Shown here one piece after another: positions 56,923 through 64,000 of a stretch of DNA of 64,000 bases (the stretch's first letter is position 1; every line of letters starts with the position of its first letter). This stretch comes from the human T2T-CHM13v2.0 reference genome, Homo sapiens. The DNA lies in NCBI RefSeq assembly GCF_009914755.1, contig NC_060925.1. One strand, given 5' to 3'. The position numbers and the translations under genes were made by a program. The notes under the pieces were generated by a model. It did not search any database, was not told where the DNA came from, and saw nothing but the letters and a program-made list of their open reading frames with translations.

Positions 56923-59202
56923 TTAAATTGATCAATTACATGCATCAAATATAAATACTATAAGGAGTGTTTCCCAAATTTCAATAGAGGAAGATGTGTC
57001 TTGCCCTAAGGTGCAAATGCAATGCCAACGCCAGGCTTTAACTCAGATTATAGATGTCTTCACATAGGCTGGAGAGGAGGCAACATGAGTATGGAAAGGC
57101 CAAAGCCCCGACACCCCACCTCCCACCTCCCACTTCCCACCCAGTGGTCACTTCACTGGGCAACTCACTCTACAGCATTGACATTAAACACAAAGAGCAG
57201 GGAAGTGCATATTGTGAAATGGCAAGAGAAGTCAGCGAGTAGCAAAATTGCACCAGCAAAGGAATAAAGGGGAATTTACCTAATTTCTTCCCTCTAGTCC
57301 GGAATGATCTGTCAGAGAGATGAGAAATCTTACTTGATTTATTTAGCAAATATTTGTGGAGGCCTATTGTGTGTGAACTGTGATATTAGGCAACAGGAAT
57401 TGGGATAAAGAGATTCCTGCCCTCAAAGGAATCTAAGGTCTTTGTGAAGAAACACATATAGACCCAGACAAACCACTGAGAATGTTAAAAGGGAAGAGGA
57501 AGGGCTTTTTAGGAAATAAGCTAAGTGGTAATGGCTGGTGGTAGAGTTGCCATCCTGGGTGCAGGGAAGGCTGGTGTTGGCAGTGCATGGAATGACAGTG
57601 GAGGGTCTGGCAGGGGAGCTTGGTGCACACAAGTAGAAAGCCACAGATGGCCATACAGGAAAAGGCGGGGCAAAGTAATGAAGAGCTGGACGTAAAAGCA
57701 CTCATAACGCTTTGAAACGGACTTACTTGAGACCCACTGAAAGAGGAAAGGCCTCTGTATTTGGGCTTTTTGAGTGCAAGTGAAAGTAAGAAACCCCCCC
57801 GCCTCCCCGCCAAAAAAAGCCTATCATGAAATCTTGTACCCAGGTTTAAATGGAAGTTGCCTCTGAGATGCCTGTAAGCAGGGTCTAAAGGCCCTTCTAT
57901 GTGTCTCTCGCCTCCCTTTGCTCTGTTTCTCAGACTATGGACTTCATTCCAAACAGCTAAGACACATGGTGGAGATGGCCCCTAGCCGTATGGGCCACAG
58001 AGGAAACACTTTGTCTCCTCATTAGGAAAAAAAATAATCTGTGGGAGAACTGCCTGACATATTTTGAGTCAGATGAGCAACCTGGACCAATCTCTCGGCC
58101 GGGTAAGCAGAGGCTTCTAAAGAGACAGCAACTCCTATCTGGTTTTCTGGGCTGGAGCTAGAAAGGAGAGTGAGTGGCAAGCCTCAGCTTCTGTCTGCTT
58201 GTAATGGTAAGAGTGTTGCCTCAATTAGAAGTGAGCAGCATTATTGAGCAGACTGTGCCAATATTCATTTTGTGGAAAGGGCACTAGGCCATCGAGGAGC
58301 CCATGGATGGTGTCAGGTCAGATGTGGGGCAGGAGGTTGAACCCTGCCATCGGAAGGAACTTTCAGTCTCTTGTATCCACTTTGATATGTGGTCTCCAAT
58401 ATTCTCTCAATGCAGGGCAAACCACTCACATCTTTTTAGTCAGAATAGAGCATTTTTGTTTGTTTGTTTGTTTGTTTAGATCTTCATTCTAACAAATAAA
58501 GACCCTGAAGATTGTCGTCCCATGTGGGCAGCTACAGGTGGCTTCCATTCAGGCACATCACAGGAAGCACCGCAGACCCATGCCCATGCAGGAACATAGC
58601 CTGTGCCACAGAGGAGCCCATTGTAACGGATGCACAGCAGCCAGCAGGCACACATGGAAACGCGTATGCTGAGAACTAGTGGTAATCTTTTATTTGCCTT
58701 TTCTTTCTTCCTCCTGTCTCACACAATACCCACAGTCTATTCAGAGTCTTCTCTAAGCACTGGCAATTTTCAAGCTTTTGGTTTCTCTCCCAATTCTCTC
58801 TCCTCCCCTTTAGGACATATCCACTTTTGCAGGGATTTTTCCCTTAGTCTAGGTGATGTGTTGGGCCAGAGGTTGGCTGTGGCCTTGATTTGACTTGATG
58901 CTTGTCCTTCATGCTGATAGCTTGGGCATTTCTTTCACTCTGTAACCTAGTGAGTGAGTAAAGACCCTGCGTGACCAGCCTGACTGGATGCTCCCTTCAT
59001 ATGGGCTACCTCAGTGCAGCAAGGGACTACTCTTGCCTTAACAAGGGTCCTTTAAATTCACTTTTTGATTAAGTGCTAGTCCCAGCTTTCCACCTAACTG
59101 TGGCACTTGGAAACAGAGCTCAGAAGCTGTTGGCCAGCATGTCTGGTGATAGGATTCCTTGTATAAGACTTGCCATCCAGGGAAAGGGAGAAGAAATAGA
59201 GA

Positions 59203-59234
59203 TAGGTAGGTAGGTAGGTAGGTAGGTAGGTAGG

Positions 59235-59270
<36 letters not shown>

Positions 59271-59280
59271 TAGATAGATA
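59203..59280. repeat. Compound tetranucleotide STR (TAGG)8(TAGA)5(CAGA)4(TAGA)2
   Basis: Counted from the sequence. Confidence 0.95.
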
Positions 59281-59376
59281 AAAGAAAGCAAGAAAGAAGG
59301 AAAGTAGGGAGATAAGCAGAGTGAGAGAGAATATATGTATGTATATATGTATCTGTGTATATATGAATGTGGGTAT

Positions 59377-59378
<2 letters not shown>

Positions 59379-59410
<32 letters not shown>
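59379..59410. repeat. (GT)16 microsatellite
   Basis: Counted from the sequence. Confidence 0.95.
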
Positions 59411-59412
<2 letters not shown>

Positions 59413-60548
59413 TCTCTTTGATATAGTCCAGCATAGATGGGATATTTCATTCAGAAGCAGTGATGAGTAGGGCATTTCATTAAGGGCTTTAAGAAACTAT
59501 GAGCTTTTTCCGGACTTACATATTATTCTACCTGTCATAAAAGGAACATTTTACAAATGGAAATATTTGTCCACAGTTAAATGAAAGCACATCCTTTCAA
59601 GCCTGCTTCTGGCCCACATTCAGCTGAGTTTCTGGTAGAAGCATGGTTTCCAAAGTTTCTGACCAGCTACTCACAGCACTTCGGGGTCCCAGTATGGGAT
59701 ATTATATTTATATGTAATGTGAGAACATTTAAACAAATATTCCTTTTCTAAACTAGGTAAATAAATTGCAAGAAGGGTGTAGTGAAACAGAGAGAATAGA
59801 AGCTCATTTTAAAAGTGCTTCTGGAGAAAGGCAGTTTGCAATATATACAGGAGAAGGGTGAAGAGAAAAATGGCAAAAATGAATTTTTCTGCTATGCAAT
59901 TGGCTGAACCATCACATGCCTCAATTTATCCTAATGATAAGATGGGGAGATTATTACATGTCACTATCTTCACAATCATTACTAGTTCTGGGAAAAATAA
60001 GTACTTGGAATGACCAATCCCTAGATTATCTGGTAAACCTGTGGCTTTATCAGAAGTTAGTAAGAATAATGATGAATAATGATGCCTAAAGTTTACAAAG
60101 GATGCTATAGGGCCTTGAGGCCTTTGCAGATGTTGTTTCTCTACCTGGAATACCACCCCCGACATATCCCCTGTCCCTCAACTGCTATTTACTTGGACAA
60201 CTTATACTATTCTTAAAGTCTAACTTAAAAATGACTTCCTAAAATAGGCCTTCCCTGGCACTCCTAGACTAGGTTATATTTCCTTGTTATATTCTCTCAT
60301 GGCACCCTGCACTTTCCTTTATATATAGTGACTATTTTCTGCTCACCAGATATAAAGGACCTTGACATCATGACTACTATACCCACAGTGCGCACAGTAG
60401 TATCATTACATAGCAGGTGCTCAAGAAAGAGCTCCACTGTGTTGCAAATGAGGTTGAGGGTTAGACAGAGCTGAATTTAAGCCCTGGATGAGGCAATCAT
60501 TGAATTATATGACCTCAGATAAGTCCTTTAATTTCCCTAACCTCAGTA

Positions 60549-60880
60549 CAATCATGAGTTGCTCAATGATGAGGATACATTCTGAGAAATGCATCATTAA
60601 GTGATTTTGTCATTGTGTAATTATAGCACATTTACACAAACCTAGATAGTATAGCCTACTAGACACCTAGGCTATATAGTATAACCTATTGCTCCTAGGC
60701 TATGAACTTGTACAATATGTTACTATACTGAATACTATAGGTAATTATAATACAATGGTAAATATTTATCATCTAAACATAGAAAAGGTACAGTAAAAAT
60801 ATAGTTTTACAATTTCATGGGAACACTGTTGTACATGTGGTCCATTGTTGACTAAAATGTCATTATGTGGTACATGACTG
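60549..60880. mobile_element. Tigger3a (MER7A) MITE, complete, inserted in a MIR
   Basis: TA|caatcatg...catgactg|TA. The flanks rejoin as the MIR core cctcag-ta-cttacatctgtaaaatg. Confidence 0.88.
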
Positions 60881-61140
60881 TACTTACATCTGTAAAATGC
60901 AGATAAAATGGTGCCTCGAGTTATTACATGTTGATCAGCCAGCAGTATTCAGAGCCCACATGAGGTTAGCGGTCAGGGATATTAAATGAGACCGATCAGT
61001 GTGGTGGCCAGCTGCAGTCATTTGTGCAAACACAGATATGGAGCCACAGGGTTGTTGAGTTTAACCAGTGTGGAAGTGTTTCAATGAATAAAATAAAATG
61101 GTGATAGAAGAGTGCCTACAGTTGCTAAATGAACTACTAC

Positions 61141-61312
61141 TTTTTTTTAATTTTTAATTTTTTTAGAGACAGGATCTCACTCTGTCACCCATGCCAAAAT
61201 GCACTGGTGCAATTATAGTTCACTGTAGCCTCTAATTCCTAGACTCAAGCAATCCTCCTGCCTGTGCTCTCCAAAGTGCTGGGATTACAGCTGTGAGCCA
61301 CCATGCTTGGCC
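61141..61312 (-). mobile_element. Alu monomer (FRAM/AluJ-like)
   Basis: T-rich tail followed by gagacaggatctcactctgtcaccc...gtgctgggattacagctgtgagccaccatgcttggcc. Confidence 0.85.
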
Positions 61313-61569
61313 TCAAACTCATATTATTGTTTACCATATAAATCTCATGCAAAGAAAAATTAAATATTGATATGACTGTACTATTTAATGTCTATTAGTA
61401 GAAAACAAACTTATTTATAATTTTTTATACAGAAAAATAACACACTTGTCAGTAATTAGAAGAGTAGTTCGTGTAAGTGCAGGAGCCAGACTGAGTAGGT
61501 TTAAAACCTGGCTCTATCACTTACTATCTCTGTGACCTTGGATAAGTTCATTAATTCATGCCATGAGAG

Positions 61570-62470
61570 TGCCCTATCCACTTCCCTCCTTGCTACAGTC
61601 ATACCTATACTGCTCTGCCCCCATCTTCCCTCCTCATTTCAGATCCTGGATCACTGTCCTCTCCCAACACTTCTCCATAATTTTTGGTAACTTAAATATT
61701 CACCAAGATCAAGTCACTCAGCTCTTTGACCTTTCTCCTCTAATGATCCTATCTCTACCCTCCTTTTCCCATGGTCATGTCCTAGGTAACCAATATCTGC
61801 AACCCCTCCCTGGTCTCAATTTCAAGAATCCCAATATCTAAGCATCATCTCCTACTTTCCCAACTTATTGTTTCTAATGCCACAACAACTTTCTACCTCC
61901 TGGATGCTTAGAATTTATTCATTCTACCACTGTTTTCCCGACCTTCACCCACCTCATGTATGTTCTTCCTTCTTTCTTCACATTAAATTATGTCATTCAT
62001 TATTGTAATCATTCCCTTTCATGTAACCTCAACTCCCACGCTCCTCTATCACTTCATCATACTTGTCTGAAACACTCCAACACTGGTTAAACTCAATGAC
62101 CCTGTGGCTCCATTTCTGCGTTTGCACAGATGAATGCAGTTGGCCACCACACTGATTACTTTCATTTAAAATCCCTGACCGCTAACCTCAAGTGGGCTCT
62201 TGAATACTGCCCAGTGATCAAACCACATTTTCCTCGTTCATTCACTCTCCCTTTCTCCAGATCACCTTTTCATACCTTCTTTCTCTCAAACCTCTGACAC
62301 CTCCTCCCCAATCTTCTCCCTCAGCACATGATGTGCTTCCTCAATAACTGAGAAAACAGAGGTAATCAAGATGCAAAGCTTTCACCACCACATCCACCTG
62401 CCTGCCTGTCCATGCCTATTATTCAGGCCTCCTTCCAGTAATTAGGCATGAACAGTTTCCACTCCTGACT
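61570..62470 (+). mobile_element. L2 internal (ORF2-derived) fragment
   Basis: ataatttttggtaacttaaatattca, cccatggtcatgtcctag, aacctcaagtgggctctt, actgagaaaacagaggtaatcaaga. Confidence 0.7.
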
Positions 62471-62977
62471 AGAGTGCTGCCATCCCAGCCCACTCCTGGC
62501 ATTTCATAGGCAATGGGATATAAGAAGGGCCCTCCATGGAAGTTACCAGTGCAAACTCCCCTTTGCTCCTATGTCCTCAGGCAAATAAGAGCACCACAGA
62601 TCCTCAACTTCTTCACATGTAAAATGGGAATCCTGAAGTACAGTATATGCCACAAAAACATGATATTGTTGAACACTGTGTATAAATAAATTTCAAATTC
62701 TTGATAATCTTTGGTTATTAATTTTTAATCATTATTTTGGGTAACTTCCATTCTATATTTTATGTATATGTGCACACAGGTGCTTTATATAAATTATATC
62801 ATTTAAAGATAGAACAATAAAAAACTGACTTGATCCCTTCCTTCTGTGGCTCAATTTTCTCAACTATAAATTAGGGATAATAATATTATCTACCTCATCA
62901 ACTGCATAGGGTTGAATACTTTTTTAATATGTGCAAATAACTTTCAATAACCTTGGGATGCAGTCAATTTTTAATAA

Positions 62978-63333
<356 letters not shown>

Positions 63334-63819
63334 TGAAAAGAAATTTTATAGATATATCAAATGATTTTGAAACTGGTAATAGTGAACAAAATGTTGTACC
63401 TTTTCTTCTAGATTTGGAAACTCAAGGGTACAACCTTGCCCCAAAACATGGCAATAAAGACAAATACACATATACACACATGTAAACATAAATGTAGTGT
63501 TCACACTTGAACTTTTTGTCATCACACTCGGCCTTTTAGCCAACAAAGAGCAAGTCAGAGAATAAGAAAGTGAGGGGCACTGTCATAGGCCCCAGTTATT
63601 CAGGAGGCATCCATACCTTGACTCCCAGCACCTGTCTTAGAGGGAGAAGGGCTAGCTGCTCCTTTGATTTAAGGGTCATCATAGAAGGCAGAGGCAGAGT
63701 TCATCTGTCCCCACATGGGAGAAGCTTAGCCCAGAGAACTGTAGTTTCCCTGTATATTTTGGGATCAAGAATTGTATAAGGCAAAGGGAAGAAATCTTGA
63801 GTGGGTCAGAAAAAGCTGG

Positions 63820-64000
63820 TAATAGCAGCTGCCATTTATTGTGCATTTCCACAAGCCAGGCAGGTACTCTACTTGGTGCTGTCCATGTGTCATTTCACAG
63901 CTACTTAGAGAACTCTACAGCTGTGTTATTATCCCCAAGTGGCAAGGGTGAACAAGGGTTCAGCAAGGTCACATTAGTAGCCCAAGGTCACACTGCTAGT
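63820..64000 (-). mobile_element. MIR SINE, running off the window end
   Basis: aatagcagctgccatttattg...gttattatcccca...cccaaggtcacactgctagt. Confidence 0.7.

Noticed and set aside
59038-59475. Three overlapping minus-strand ORFs of 104-145 aa
   Set aside because: They are open only because the microsatellites lack stops on that strand.

Overview
Primate (almost certainly human) genomic DNA lying entirely inside ASTN1 (astrotactin-1, a neuronal migration protein, chr1q25), which is transcribed on the minus strand. Eight internal coding exons can be placed to the base, all with GT-AG boundaries and compatible phases: 53810-53884, 46993-47130, 46326-46476, 37833-37999, 34574-34768, 32540-32667, 24922-25026 and 22808-22996 (1148 nt). 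They correspond to exons 9-16 in my recollection of the reference transcript. Spliced, they give [12 protein letters not shown]...[10 protein letters not shown], covering two EGF-like repeats and the start of the MACPF domain. The rest is intron, filled with Alu, MIR, L2, solo LTRs (MER67, MLT1D x2, MER89, MER4A1), DNA transposon relics (Tigger3, MER58, MER44A, MER5, MER119, MER20B) and microsatellites. Repeat family names come from recalled consensus sequences, not from a database search. I see no previously undescribed gene system, and nearly all entries in the ORF track are spurious. The most useful leads are a ~350-bp local duplication in intron 14, a dense proneural E-box cluster in intron 11, a 4x41-bp minisatellite in intron 8, RBFOX motifs around symmetric exons, inverted Alus around exons 15-16 (a possible stop-less circRNA), and a sense-oriented LTR carrying a poly(A) signal in intron 16.
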